Numbered from the stretch's first letter, positions 19,425-28,400 are shown. The stretch is 64,000 nt of DNA from Candidatus Sungiibacteriota bacterium (GCA_016180435.1 JACPBG010000001.1:8358-72357), one strand, 5' to 3'. Translations and numbers: made by a program. Notes: a model not told the origin generated them from the sequence alone.

Positions 19425-20174
19425 ATGGCTGAATTATCAACAAATACGGCGGCACCTGATTTATCTTTTGAGCCGGCGGATGATGAAATAAAGGGTATGC
19501 TCAAAGCCGGAGTACATTGGGGACACGCCAAATCCAAAAATCACTCGGCTATGCAGCCGTATATTTTTGGAGTGCGCAATACCATCTCGGTTATTGATCT
19601 AACCAAGACCAAAGAAAAACTTGCCGCGGCCTTGGCATTTTTAAAAGGAGTTTCGCAGAAAAGCGGTTTAATCCTTTTGGTGGGTACGCGCCCGGCTGCG
19701 CGGAGGGTTTTGCTTGAATTAAAAGATCGGTTCGGCATGCCGTATTATGCCGAGCGCTGGATTGGAGGAACGCTTACGAATTTTAAAGAAATCTCAAAGC
19801 GCCTCTCCCAAATGGAAACCATGGAAAAAGAAAAGGCCTCGGGTGAGTGGGGAAAATATACCAAGAAAGAGCAGATGGAAAAAGGCAAGGATCTGGAAAA
19901 ATTGCAGAGAATGTTTGACGGAGTGCGGACTCTGAAACGGCTGCCGGATGCGCTGTTTATCGTGGATATAAATGAGGACATAACTGCGCTTCGCGAAGCC
20001 AAACGGCTGAAAATCCCGGTGGTTGCGTTATGTGATACTAATTCAGATATTGATTCGGTGACATATCCTATTCCTTCCAATGATGATGCTCTGCCCGCGG
20101 TGCGGTATATGTTAGGAAGGGTGGCGGAGGCGATGGGGGAAGGAATAAAGATGAGGGAGGTGAAAAGTGAATAG
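19425..20174 (+). CDS. rpsB: 30S ribosomal protein S2
   Basis: LKAGVHWGH, LLVGTRPAA, ERWIGGTLTNF. Confidence 0.9.
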   Translation: MAELSTNTAAPDLSFEPADDEIKGMLKAGVHWGHAKSKNHSAMQPYIFGVRNTISVIDLTKTKEKLAAALAFLKGVSQKSGLILLVGTRPAARRVLLELKDRFGMPYYAERWIGGTLTNFKEISKRLSQMETMEKEKASGEWGKYTKKEQMEKGKDLEKLQRMFDGVRTLKRLPDALFIVDINEDITALREAKRLKIPVVALCDTNSDIDSVTYPIPSNDDALPAVRYMLGRVAEAMGEGIKMREVKSE

Positions 20175-20308
20175 ATGCTCGCCATATCATATTTGGGTAT
20201 GATATGAATAGTTATTTTTGATTGTGGCAGAAGGATAATAATCGGACAGCGCTTAAGATGTGAATTGTATAATTTCTGTGTTAGAATTAATATAAAAGTA
20301 GCTTTATT

Positions 20309-20545
20309 ATGAGACATTCTTACACATTTAAAACTATTATACGTAGAGGACAGGATGGATACTGGATTGCTTCTGTCCCGGCTTTGCCTGGCTGTCATAC
20401 CCAAGCCAAGACCTATGAAGAATTGAGAAAAAGGATTAAAGAGGCGATTGGACTTTGTTTAGAAGCGGCAAAAGAAGATCATAGTTACCGTCTGACCTCT
20501 CAACCCGTTTTCATAGGGATGGAGGATGTGGCGGTTAGGGTATGA
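20309..20545 (+). CDS. hicB: HicB-family antitoxin
   Basis: GYWIASVPALPGCHTQAKTYEELRKRIKEAIGLCLE, the HicB N-terminal fold motif. Confidence 0.7.
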   Translation: MRHSYTFKTIIRRGQDGYWIASVPALPGCHTQAKTYEELRKRIKEAIGLCLEAAKEDHSYRLTSQPVFIGMEDVAVRV

Positions 20546-20769
20546 GTCGTCTCCCAATTCTTAGAGCGCGTGAAGTTATCCGAGCGCTGGAACGCGCCGG
20601 ATTTGTTAGTATAAGACAGAAAGGCAGTCATATTTTCCTTAGAAATCCTGTAACAAAACGCACTACAGTGGTGCCTATTCATGAACGAGAAGATATAGAT
20701 CGTGATTTTCTTGCTGAAATATTAACTGACGCTGGCATCGGTCAAGAAGAATTCCGCAAACTTATTTGA
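20542..20769 (+). CDS. hicA: HicA-family mRNA interferase toxin
   Basis: EVIRALERAGFVSIRQKGSHIFLRNP...VVPIH; 4-bp overlap with hicB. Confidence 0.7.
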   Translation: MSRLPILRAREVIRALERAGFVSIRQKGSHIFLRNPVTKRTTVVPIHEREDIDRDFLAEILTDAGIGQEEFRKLI

Positions 20770-20796
20770 AATAAGTATTAATAATTTATAGAAGTT

Positions 20797-21381
20797 ATGG
20801 TAACAGCCCAACAAATCAAGGAATTGCGTGAGAAGACCGGAGCGGGGATTTCGGATGTAAAAAAAGCTCTGGAAGATAGCGGAGGAGATATGGTAAAGGC
20901 CGAAGGCGCACTGGTGCGAAAACTCGGAGGATCGGCGTCCAAGCGCGCCGGACGCACCACCGGAGCAGGAATTGTGGACGTGTACCTTCATTCCAACGAA
21001 AAGATGGGGGTCATGATTGAGCTTTTTTGCGAAACCGATTTTGTGGCGCGAAATCCTGCGTTTAGGGAACTTGCGCATGATTTGGCTATGCAGGTTGCGG
21101 CCATGCGTCCGATTTATTTATCGTTTGATGCGGTGCCTCGGGATGTATGGGATTTGGAAAAGTCGCAGGTTGCGGATGAGGTAAAAAAAATGGGAAAACC
21201 CGCGCAGGTTGCGGAACAGATTATCGACGGGAAATTAAAGGCATTTTTTGGGGCAATTTCATTGCTGGAACAGCCGTTTGTTAAAGATCAGGATAAAACC
21301 ATTAAAGAGCTGATAAATGAGGCGATAGGGAAGTTCGGAGAGAATATTAAAGTGGGGAAATTCGTGAGATTTGAGATTTAA
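20797..21381 (+). CDS. tsf: Elongation factor Ts (short form)
   Basis: ITAQQIKELREKTGAGISDVKKALE (UBA-like N-terminus); GAGIVDVYLHSNEKMGVMIEL. Confidence 0.85.
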   Translation: MVTAQQIKELREKTGAGISDVKKALEDSGGDMVKAEGALVRKLGGSASKRAGRTTGAGIVDVYLHSNEKMGVMIELFCETDFVARNPAFRELAHDLAMQVAAMRPIYLSFDAVPRDVWDLEKSQVADEVKKMGKPAQVAEQIIDGKLKAFFGAISLLEQPFVKDQDKTIKELINEAIGKFGENIKVGKFVRFEI

Positions 21382-21695
21382 TGGGATTTGTTTATTCGGT
21401 AATATGCGTTTCGCTCAAGAGTTTCAGCGCAGAAAAATGGAGCCGAAAATACGGCGGGAATCCCACCGCGTTCTCCGCTCTCACACCCCGTTTATTAGAA
21501 GAAAGTCATCCTGAGAGAAGCGAAGGATCTCGTCGTTTGTTGGCGGAGCCGCGGTTTCCCTCACCGTATTTTCTCACCATTTTTTATCTGCGCTTCCACA
21601 ATTTCGCGAAATCGCATATTACCTTGCAAATTAGTTTTTGTATTAGAGAATCTAACGAATTTGTAGGGATGGCGAGGTTTGTATAAGGTAGCGCG

Positions 21696-22184
21696 TTGCG
21701 CTTTCATAAAATTATGATATTAAATCTGGCTTTAGGAATAATATTTTTGGGAAGTACTGCCGCGCTTTGGTATCTTGTTTCTAAAAGAATTCCTGTGCTT
21801 GTGGCGATCCCGGACGATGTAATTGCTAAACGCCTTGAGGAGGACTCGGCGCGGATTCGCGTGTTTCTCCTGCGTCTAAAATCGTTTTATACTGAAGGGC
21901 GAATTAAGGATTTTTTTTGGGGCATTGTCGCAAAGATTTTGCACCGCTCGCATATTATTTTGATGCGCGTTGATAATAGGACGGTTTCTCTCCTTAAGCG
22001 CGTTCGCGGAAATGGCGGAAGTCAAGGCGCGTCTAATGGCATTACAGTAGGGGAGGATGAATTGCAAAAATCATCCGTATCGGCGGTTGCTTCATTGCCG
22101 GATCCCATGTCGCATAAATCTCTTAAAATTGAGGAGGTACGTCCTCGCAAAAATGATGCTCGAGAAGAAGTACGACTTGTATGA
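21696..22184 (+). CDS. Hypothetical protein with an N-terminal TM helix
   Basis: ORF only; no recognisable motif. Confidence 0.3.
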   Translation: MRFHKIMILNLALGIIFLGSTAALWYLVSKRIPVLVAIPDDVIAKRLEEDSARIRVFLLRLKSFYTEGRIKDFFWGIVAKILHRSHIILMRVDNRTVSLLKRVRGNGGSQGASNGITVGEDELQKSSVSAVASLPDPMSHKSLKIEEVRPRKNDAREEVRLV

Positions 22185-22201
22185 TATAATTGATGATGGA
22201 C

Positions 22202-22379
22202 GCCGCCTTAGCTTAGTGGTAAAGCAGTGGTTTCTTGCCCTCCCACTTTTTATGCCAGAGTAGCTCAGTGGTAGAGCAGCGGTTTTGTAAACCGTTGGTC
22301 AGGGGTTCAAATCCTCTCTCTGGCTAAAAGTGGGAGGGTGAATAAACCACGTACGCAGGTTCGATTCCGGCAGGCGGCT
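22202..22379 (+). tRNA. tRNA-Lys(CUU) gene interrupted in the anticodon loop by a nested tRNA-Thr plus a 13-bp inverted repeat, about 107 nt in total. 5' half about 22202-22237, 3' half about 22344-22379
   Basis: Acceptor GCCGCCT/AGGCGGC (7/7); U8A9; D-arm GCTT-AGTGGTA-AAGC; anticodon stem GTGGT/ACCAC with loop TTCTT|..|AA; T-arm GCAGG-TTCGATT-CCGGC (one A.G mismatch); folded by hand. Confidence 0.6.
22254..22325 (+). tRNA. tRNA-Thr(UGU), intact, lying inside the tRNA-Lys anticodon loop
   Basis: Acceptor GCCAGAG/CTCTGGC; D-arm GCTC-AGTGGTA-GAGC; anticodon arm GCGGT-TTTGTAA-ACCGT; T-arm AGGGG-TTCAAAT-CCTCT; 72 nt. Confidence 0.8.
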
Positions 22380-22415
22380 CTTGACGCAAAGTTAATCTAA
22401 GGATAAGCTTAGAGC

Positions 22416-22634
22416 ATGAGCAATATCATCGGATTAAAAGAGCTTCGGGAAAATGTTGAGAATTACGTCTCCGAAATAAAGCGGGGAAAGTCATTTATTG
22501 TATTAAGGCGCTCCTTGCCCGTCTTTAAAATTTCTCCTCCGGATGAGGATGCGGAACTCTGGGAACAGGTGGCTGATTTTACTAAAATAAAGAAGGGCGG
22601 GGTTGAGATCAAAAATTTGCTTTCTCGTCTTTAA
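22416..22634 (+). CDS. Phd/YefM-family antitoxin
   Basis: IIGLKELRENVENYVSEIKRGKSFIVLRRSLPVFKI: Phd/YefM N-terminal pattern. Confidence 0.6.
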   Translation: MSNIIGLKELRENVENYVSEIKRGKSFIVLRRSLPVFKISPPDEDAELWEQVADFTKIKKGGVEIKNLLSRL

Positions 22635-22639
22635 ACTTT

Positions 22640-22882
22640 GTGGACAAAATTGAAAAGGCGCTTCAAAAGTTTAGCGCCTGGGAGCGCGTAGTGGTTAAGC
22701 AGTTGCTGGAAAAGTTACAATCAGGATCTATCGCAAGCCTTAATATCAAGAAACTCAAGGGGAGAGAGGATATTTTTCGCGTTCGCAAAGGCGATATCCG
22801 CATAATATACCGTCTGGATAAAAAGATGGGCATATTCGTTTTAGCAATTGAACGGCGCAAAGAAAATACTTATAAATTATAG
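22640..22882 (+). CDS. RelE/ParE-family toxin (GTG start overlapping the antitoxin stop)
   Basis: GDIRIIYRLDKKMGIFVLAIERRKENTY, the RelE/ParE C-terminal signature. Confidence 0.6.
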   Translation: MDKIEKALQKFSAWERVVVKQLLEKLQSGSIASLNIKKLKGREDIFRVRKGDIRIIYRLDKKMGIFVLAIERRKENTYKL

Positions 22883-22901
22883 GAGATAGATAATGACTAT
22901 A

Positions 22902-22985
22902 GGGTGTGTCGCATAGCGGCAATTGCTCGTGGCTGTAAACCACGCGTCCTAACGGACTACGGAGGTTCGAGTCCTCCCGCACCCA
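22902..22985 (+). tRNA. tRNA-Tyr(GUA), long variable arm
   Basis: Acceptor GGGTGTG/CGCACCC; anticodon arm CGTGG-CTGTAAA-CCACG; variable stem GTCC-TAAC-GGAC; T-arm GGAGG-TTCGAGT-CCTCC. Confidence 0.8.
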
Positions 22986-23000
22986 AAAATTAAATTATTT

Positions 23001-23591
23001 ATGAACGAATTTGTATTGTTCGCCAATCCTTGGTGGGTAAATCTTCTTATCGCCGTTCCAATTGCGACATATTATATATGGCGCAAGGAGGGACTGGCAA
23101 TTTCAAAATGGACTCTGGTTGCCTCCGGTTTGTTTGGAGTCGGATTTGGTTTTGTTGAGGCGTCGGTGGTTATATATCTTCGTGCCGCCGTAGGGCTTCT
23201 TCCCGGATATGGCGGAACACTTTCGGATGTTGCCAATCTTTCAGCAGATATTTACCAGCAAGCGCAAATTTTGGGCGAGTTGCCGAAAAGTTTGCTTGCG
23301 GTGGAACTATTTAGGGAAGCCGCCACTATGATTATGTTGATCAGTGTGGCGTTACTGGCTGTTAAATCCAGGCGCGAGCGTTGGGCCATATTTCTTTGGA
23401 CATTCGCCACTTGGGATATTTTCTATTATGTTGGTCTTTGGGCTACGGTTCGCTGGCCGTCTGCGCTTACGACTCCGGATGTTCTTTTTCTAATTCCGGT
23501 TCCGTGGTTTTCCCAGGTATGGTTTCCGATATTAGTAAGCGTAATGTCTATGGTTGCGGTTGCCGTAGCACGAAAGGATGCGAAGATATGA
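23001..23591 (+). CDS. Hypothetical integral membrane protein (about 5 TM helices)
   Basis: Hydrophobic helices only. Confidence 0.35.
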   Translation: MNEFVLFANPWWVNLLIAVPIATYYIWRKEGLAISKWTLVASGLFGVGFGFVEASVVIYLRAAVGLLPGYGGTLSDVANLSADIYQQAQILGELPKSLLAVELFREAATMIMLISVALLAVKSRRERWAIFLWTFATWDIFYYVGLWATVRWPSALTTPDVLFLIPVPWFSQVWFPILVSVMSMVAVAVARKDAKI

Positions 23592-23686
23592 AAAACAATT
23601 TTAACCTTGTATTTTTACGCGGGTTATGTTAATATGGTTCAAGTTCTTACTTCCTACATTCAGCCCTAAAGTGAAAAGGCAAATAA

Positions 23687-24538
23687 ATGCGAAGAGAGCT
23701 CATGGATTGTCATGTTCATCTTGATGAGATTGTGATTCATGATTGGTCGGCGGCAAGAAATTTGAAGACAGAAGCAGATCAAGTCCGTTGGAAAGGAGTT
23801 TCCATAAATCACCACGTTCGGCATATAGAAAAGGATAATCTTGATCAGATTTTTGCTATCTACGAAAATCCAGAGAGCATTTTGAAATTGCGAGATGCCG
23901 CTCCAAATTGCGATATTAAGGCAATGTATTTTGTCAGAGATGTTGCGGGCGTAAACGAAAACCTCCTAGCCGATCTTTTCAAAAATAATTTGCTGAATGC
24001 CCTCAAAGTCCATCCGGTAGTTGATAATTTTGAGCTTACTTCTGAAAATTTGCAGACAGTGCTCGGAGTTGCCCGTAAATTTCGGCTGCCGATTCTCTAT
24101 CATTCTGACGATCGGCGTTCTTCCATGCATCTTACGAGCCCAGAATTGCAAAAGAGGTTAGTGACAGAAAACTCCGACATTTTATTTATCATTGGTCATG
24201 GCGGCGCATATGCCCATCCGCGGCTTTGTGGAAATAATCTGCAAGTCGAATCCTATTGGAATGGTCCGCATTCGCGCAAAGATTTGATCAACAAAGCTCT
24301 GGAGTTAGCAGCCGAACAAGAAAATGTTTATTACGATCTTTCAGTGGCAACCAATGTTATAAAAGCCTCTCTCATTGCTAAGTTTTTAAATAGGCAGCGG
24401 GATGCTTCGGAAAAGATTTTAGTCGGAACCGATTTTCCCATAAAATTTTCTTCAGCACAGACCCAGCTTTGGTCGCTGGAAAACGCCGGTTTAAAAAAAT
24501 CACTCGTAGAAAAAATTTCTTCAAACAGACTTATTTAA
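23687..24538 (+). CDS. Amidohydrolase-2-family (TIM-barrel metal-dependent hydrolase) protein
   Basis: N-terminal DCHVHL (HxH metal ligands); C-terminal GTDFP. Confidence 0.45.
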   Translation: MRRELMDCHVHLDEIVIHDWSAARNLKTEADQVRWKGVSINHHVRHIEKDNLDQIFAIYENPESILKLRDAAPNCDIKAMYFVRDVAGVNENLLADLFKNNLLNALKVHPVVDNFELTSENLQTVLGVARKFRLPILYHSDDRRSSMHLTSPELQKRLVTENSDILFIIGHGGAYAHPRLCGNNLQVESYWNGPHSRKDLINKALELAAEQENVYYDLSVATNVIKASLIAKFLNRQRDASEKILVGTDFPIKFSSAQTQLWSLENAGLKKSLVEKISSNRLI

Positions 24539-24577
24539 TTGGGTCTGTTTTTTATTCCCGCAATCCGGTTTTTTAAA

Positions 24578-24602
24578 AATAATCGCGCATAGCGCGATTA
24601 TT
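24578..24602. terminator. Bidirectional hairpin AATAATCGCGC-ATA-GCGCGATTATT between convergent genes
   Basis: Perfect 11-bp stem with A/T-rich flanks. Confidence 0.5.
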
Positions 24603-24619
24603 AATGTGACTAATCAAAA

Positions 24620-24901
24620 CTATTTTTTACTTTTTGGTCCGCAGCGGTGTTTGAGCTGTTTCAGAACATATTGCTGAAGCATTTTCATGACATCCGGACG
24701 CAGGTTCTCTATCTGCGCCCCTAAGCGATTTGTTTCCGCCTCATCTTTTTTAAATTCCGGAGAATTTATTGAAGCAAGACGTTTTTTGACTTTTGATGCC
24801 TTAATTTCTTGGTCATGTATGTACTTAAGTAAAATTTTAAAGAACTTCTTATCGGAAATTGATTTATCGGCCAGTGCTTTTTCCAAAGATTTTAGGGTCA
24901 T
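24620..24901 (-). CDS. Hypothetical small basic protein
   Basis: ORF only. Confidence 0.3.
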   Translation of the reverse strand: MTLKSLEKALADKSISDKKFFKILLKYIHDQEIKASKVKKRLASINSPEFKKDEAETNRLGAQIENLRPDVMKMLQQYVLKQLKHRCGPKSKK

Positions 24902-25523
24902 TTCATTTCTCGCGTTTCTATCGGAACTGAATTTAGCATATCATGCCGTTTAGTTATTGGCAAGGACAACTCAATTTTTTAAAATTTCCCAAATATATTT
25001 TTTTCAAAACAAACGCTTAGAAATTTTGTAGAAAAAATGCTCTGTGGATAACCCGTATTTCCATTCGTAAAAATTTTATGTAAAATTAAAATGTCGGTAG
25101 AAAATTTTCTTAAACTACCGCTTTGACTACATCATTTTTAATTATTCCCGTCAAGGGATCGAGGTTCTTCATAAGAAATGTGTATTTAAATTTTGCCCGC
25201 GAGGCGATTTTTTGTCTACGCGGGCTATCATTTTCTTAAGGATCTGTCTAAATTTTCAATCCATAGTTGGGTGGAGTAGAAAATTTAGGAACAAACCCCC
25301 ACTAAAGCATTTAAATCATGCCTGTGCCTAGGGCGCATACATTAGAAGACCCTTAAGGCGAGCACTGGCAGGCATAAATTTTCCATTAACGGAGATCCGG
25401 AAACAAATCACGAAGCAAAGCGGCCAGGAAAGCCGGCTCTGCCGGAAGGATTCCGGCCGCGGAGCAAGTAGATTTGTCCGAATCGGAGTTCTGGAAAATT
25501 TATGGTTGCAGTGCGAGTGAATT

Positions 25524-28400
25524 ATGGCAATTCTCAAAATCAAAAAACGAAACGGGGATATAGTGGATTTTAAGCCGATAAAGATATCGGCGGCTATGGG
25601 CAAGGCCTTTATGGATGTGCGGGGGGGCATTCCGGATGAAAAACTGCAGGAAATGACCGGTGCAATAGTGCAGGAACTTGAAGGAATGTTTGCGGAAAAG
25701 AACCCGTCGGTGGAGGAGGTGCAGGATGTGGTTGAGCGCCGGATTATGCAGGAAGGATTTTTTGATGTTGCCAAGCACTATATATTATATCGGTATGATC
25801 ACGCCAAGCTTCGGGAGGAAAAAAAGAAAGATACGCTGGAAAAAATAGAGCGCAATGACCTTTTTGTAACCAAACGTTCAGGCAAGCGCGAGCGATTTTC
25901 GCCGTTTAAGCTTAAAAAAACATTATCGTATGCGGTGGAAGGTTATGAGGACGAAGTTGATATTGATGCTATTGCCACCCAGTGCCAATTGGAGCTTTAT
26001 GATGGAATAGAGGCGCGCGATATAATGCGCTCATTGGTTATGACTGCGCGTTCATTGATTGAATTGGATCCGGCTTATTCGCATATTGCGGCTCGGCTCC
26101 TGCGGTTTATGCTGTATAAAGATGTGATAGGCGCGGAGGTGATAAATTTTCATAATCTTTTACGGGGCTATCGTGATGCGTTCATCCGGAACATAAATTT
26201 TGGCATTAAGATCGGGCGCCTTGATCCGCGATTGCTTGAATTTGATCTGGAAGAACTTGCCGGGTCGCTGGTTATGGAGCGGGATGAATTGTTTAAGTAT
26301 TTGGGTATCCAGACCTTGTATGATCGGTATTTGCTGCAAAATCCGGATACGCGCGAGGTGCTTGAAACGCCGCAGGCATTTTGGATGAGGGTTGCTATGG
26401 GACTTGCAATTCTGGAGAACGATAAAACTGCTCGGGCCAAGGAATTTTATGAAGTCCTGTCCACCCTTCGTTTTGTTTCATCCACCCCGACCCTTTTTCA
26501 TGCGGGAACCGTGCATCCCCAGCTTTCCTCCTGCTATTTAAATACGGTTGAGGACTCGCTGGACCATATCTTTAAATGTATTTCGGATAATGCCCAGCTT
26601 GCCAAGTGGTCCGCGGGAATCGGCACGGATTGGACCAATCTGCGCGGCACCGGAGCGCTCATACGCGGAACCGGGGTTGAGTCGCAGGGGGTGATTCCGT
26701 TTTTGAAAATCGCCAATGACGCCACGCATGCCATAAATCGGAGCGGCCGGAGGCGCGGCGCGGCCTGCGCGTATTTGGAGACATGGCATGCCGATATTGA
26801 GGATTTCCTTGAACTTCGCAAAAATACCGGCGATGAACGCCGGCGCACTCCGGATATGGATACAGCCAACTGGATCCCGGATTTATTCATGAAACGGGTT
26901 AGGGAAGACGGAGAATGGACAATTTTCTCATCGGAAGAGACGCCGGATCTGCACCATATCTATGGCCAGGCGTTTGAGGAGAAATATGCCCATTATGAAG
27001 CATTGGCGCGCGAAGGCAGGATGAAATTGACGAGAACCGTCCGGGCCAGGGATTTATGGAAAAAAATGCTGGCCATGCTTTTTGAAACCGGACATCCGTG
27101 GATTACATTTAAAGACCCGTCCAATATCCGTTCTCCGCAGGATCATGCCGGGGTGATACATAATTCCAATCTTTGTACGGAGATTACTTTGAATACTTCG
27201 CCCGAGGAGACCGCGGTTTGCAATCTTGGTTCGGTTAATCTTGCCCGCCACATAAAGGAGCGCGCACTGGATGAAGCGCTTATGAAAAATACGGTTGAGA
27301 CAGCCATGCGGATGCTTGATAATGTGATTGACGTCAATTTTTATCCGACAGTTGAGGGCCAAACCTCAAATATGCGCCACCGTCCGGTGGGGATTGGCGT
27401 CATGGGTTTGCAGGATGCGCTTTTTATGCTGGATATTCCGTTTGATTCGGAGGATGCGGTTAGGTTTTCGGATCAAAGTCTGGAATTGGTTTCATACCAC
27501 GCGATTGCAACTTCGGCGCGTCTGGCGGCCGAGCGCGGGGCCTACGGGAGTTATAAAGGATCCAAATGGGATAGAGGAATTTTACCGCAGGATACTCTGG
27601 ATATTTTGGAACATGAGCGGGGGATTCCGATTGATGTGCCGCGCGAAGGGCGGTTGGATTGGAGTGCGGTTCGCGAATTGATTAAAGAATATGGCATGCG
27701 CAATTCAAATTGTTTGGCGATCGCGCCCACGGCCACAATTTCCAACATCTCCGGATGCTTTCCGTCAATCGAGCCGATTTACAAAAATATCTATGTCAAA
27801 TCAAATGTCAGCGGGGACTTTATAGTTGTAAATCCGTACCTTATCGAGGATCTGAAAAAATTAAATCTCTGGGATTATGAAATGCTTGCCAAGATCAAGT
27901 TTTATGACGGAAGCATCAAGGAGATACCGCAAATTCCGGAGCATATACGCGCTAAATACAAGGAGGTTTTTGATATTGATCCGAAATGGCTCATTAGGGC
28001 TGCTGCGTATCGGGGACGTTGGATTGATCAATCGCAGTCCTTAAATATATTTTTCATAGGAACTTCGGGTAAACAATTAAGTGAGATATATATGTATGCG
28101 TGGGAAATGGGGTTAAAGACAACATATTATTTGCGGACGCTGGCCGCATCCCAGGTAGAAAAATCAACCGTGGATGCAGTGAAATTCGGATCAACCCATG
28201 TGCGTAAGCATGAAGAAAAAGAAGTTGCGGCAAATTTGCCGATTCAAGAATCCGTATCTTCCGTTCGTGAGCCGGTAGCCGTAGTAGCTTCGTTGCCTAT
28301 GGCGCCGCCGCCTATGGCATCCGTCGGAGTGTTGGCCGGATCAAGCGGAGCAATAAATTTATGTAGAGTTGATGATCCAAATTGTGAAGCATGTCAGTAG
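25524..28400 (+). CDS. nrdA: Ribonucleoside-diphosphate reductase alpha subunit, class Ia, with an N-terminal ATP-cone
   Basis: ATP-cone AILKIKKRNGDIVDF; active-site NLCTEITL / CNLGSVNL; C-terminal redox pair C..C (CRVDDPNCEAC). Confidence 0.9.
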   Translation: MAILKIKKRNGDIVDFKPIKISAAMGKAFMDVRGGIPDEKLQEMTGAIVQELEGMFAEKNPSVEEVQDVVERRIMQEGFFDVAKHYILYRYDHAKLREEKKKDTLEKIERNDLFVTKRSGKRERFSPFKLKKTLSYAVEGYEDEVDIDAIATQCQLELYDGIEARDIMRSLVMTARSLIELDPAYSHIAARLLRFMLYKDVIGAEVINFHNLLRGYRDAFIRNINFGIKIGRLDPRLLEFDLEELAGSLVMERDELFKYLGIQTLYDRYLLQNPDTREVLETPQAFWMRVAMGLAILENDKTARAKEFYEVLSTLRFVSSTPTLFHAGTVHPQLSSCYLNTVEDSLDHIFKCISDNAQLAKWSAGIGTDWTNLRGTGALIRGTGVESQGVIPFLKIANDATHAINRSGRRRGAACAYLETWHADIEDFLELRKNTGDERRRTPDMDTANWIPDLFMKRVREDGEWTIFSSEETPDLHHIYGQAFEEKYAHYEALAREGRMKLTRTVRARDLWKKMLAMLFETGHPWITFKDPSNIRSPQDHAGVIHNSNLCTEITLNTSPEETAVCNLGSVNLARHIKERALDEALMKNTVETAMRMLDNVIDVNFYPTVEGQTSNMRHRPVGIGVMGLQDALFMLDIPFDSEDAVRFSDQSLELVSYHAIATSARLAAERGAYGSYKGSKWDRGILPQDTLDILEHERGIPIDVPREGRLDWSAVRELIKEYGMRNSNCLAIAPTATISNISGCFPSIEPIYKNIYVKSNVSGDFIVVNPYLIEDLKKLNLWDYEMLAKIKFYDGSIKEIPQIPEHIRAKYKEVFDIDPKWLIRAAAYRGRWIDQSQSLNIFFIGTSGKQLSEIYMYAWEMGLKTTYYLRTLAASQVEKSTVDAVKFGSTHVRKHEEKEVAANLPIQESVSSVREPVAVVASLPMAPPPMASVGVLAGSSGAINLCRVDDPNCEACQ

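Noticed and set aside
21381-21686. 101-aa ORF directly after tsf
   Set aside because: The composition and sequence look like translated noncoding DNA, with no motif and no RBS context. It is kept only as an unexplained noncoding region in the findings.
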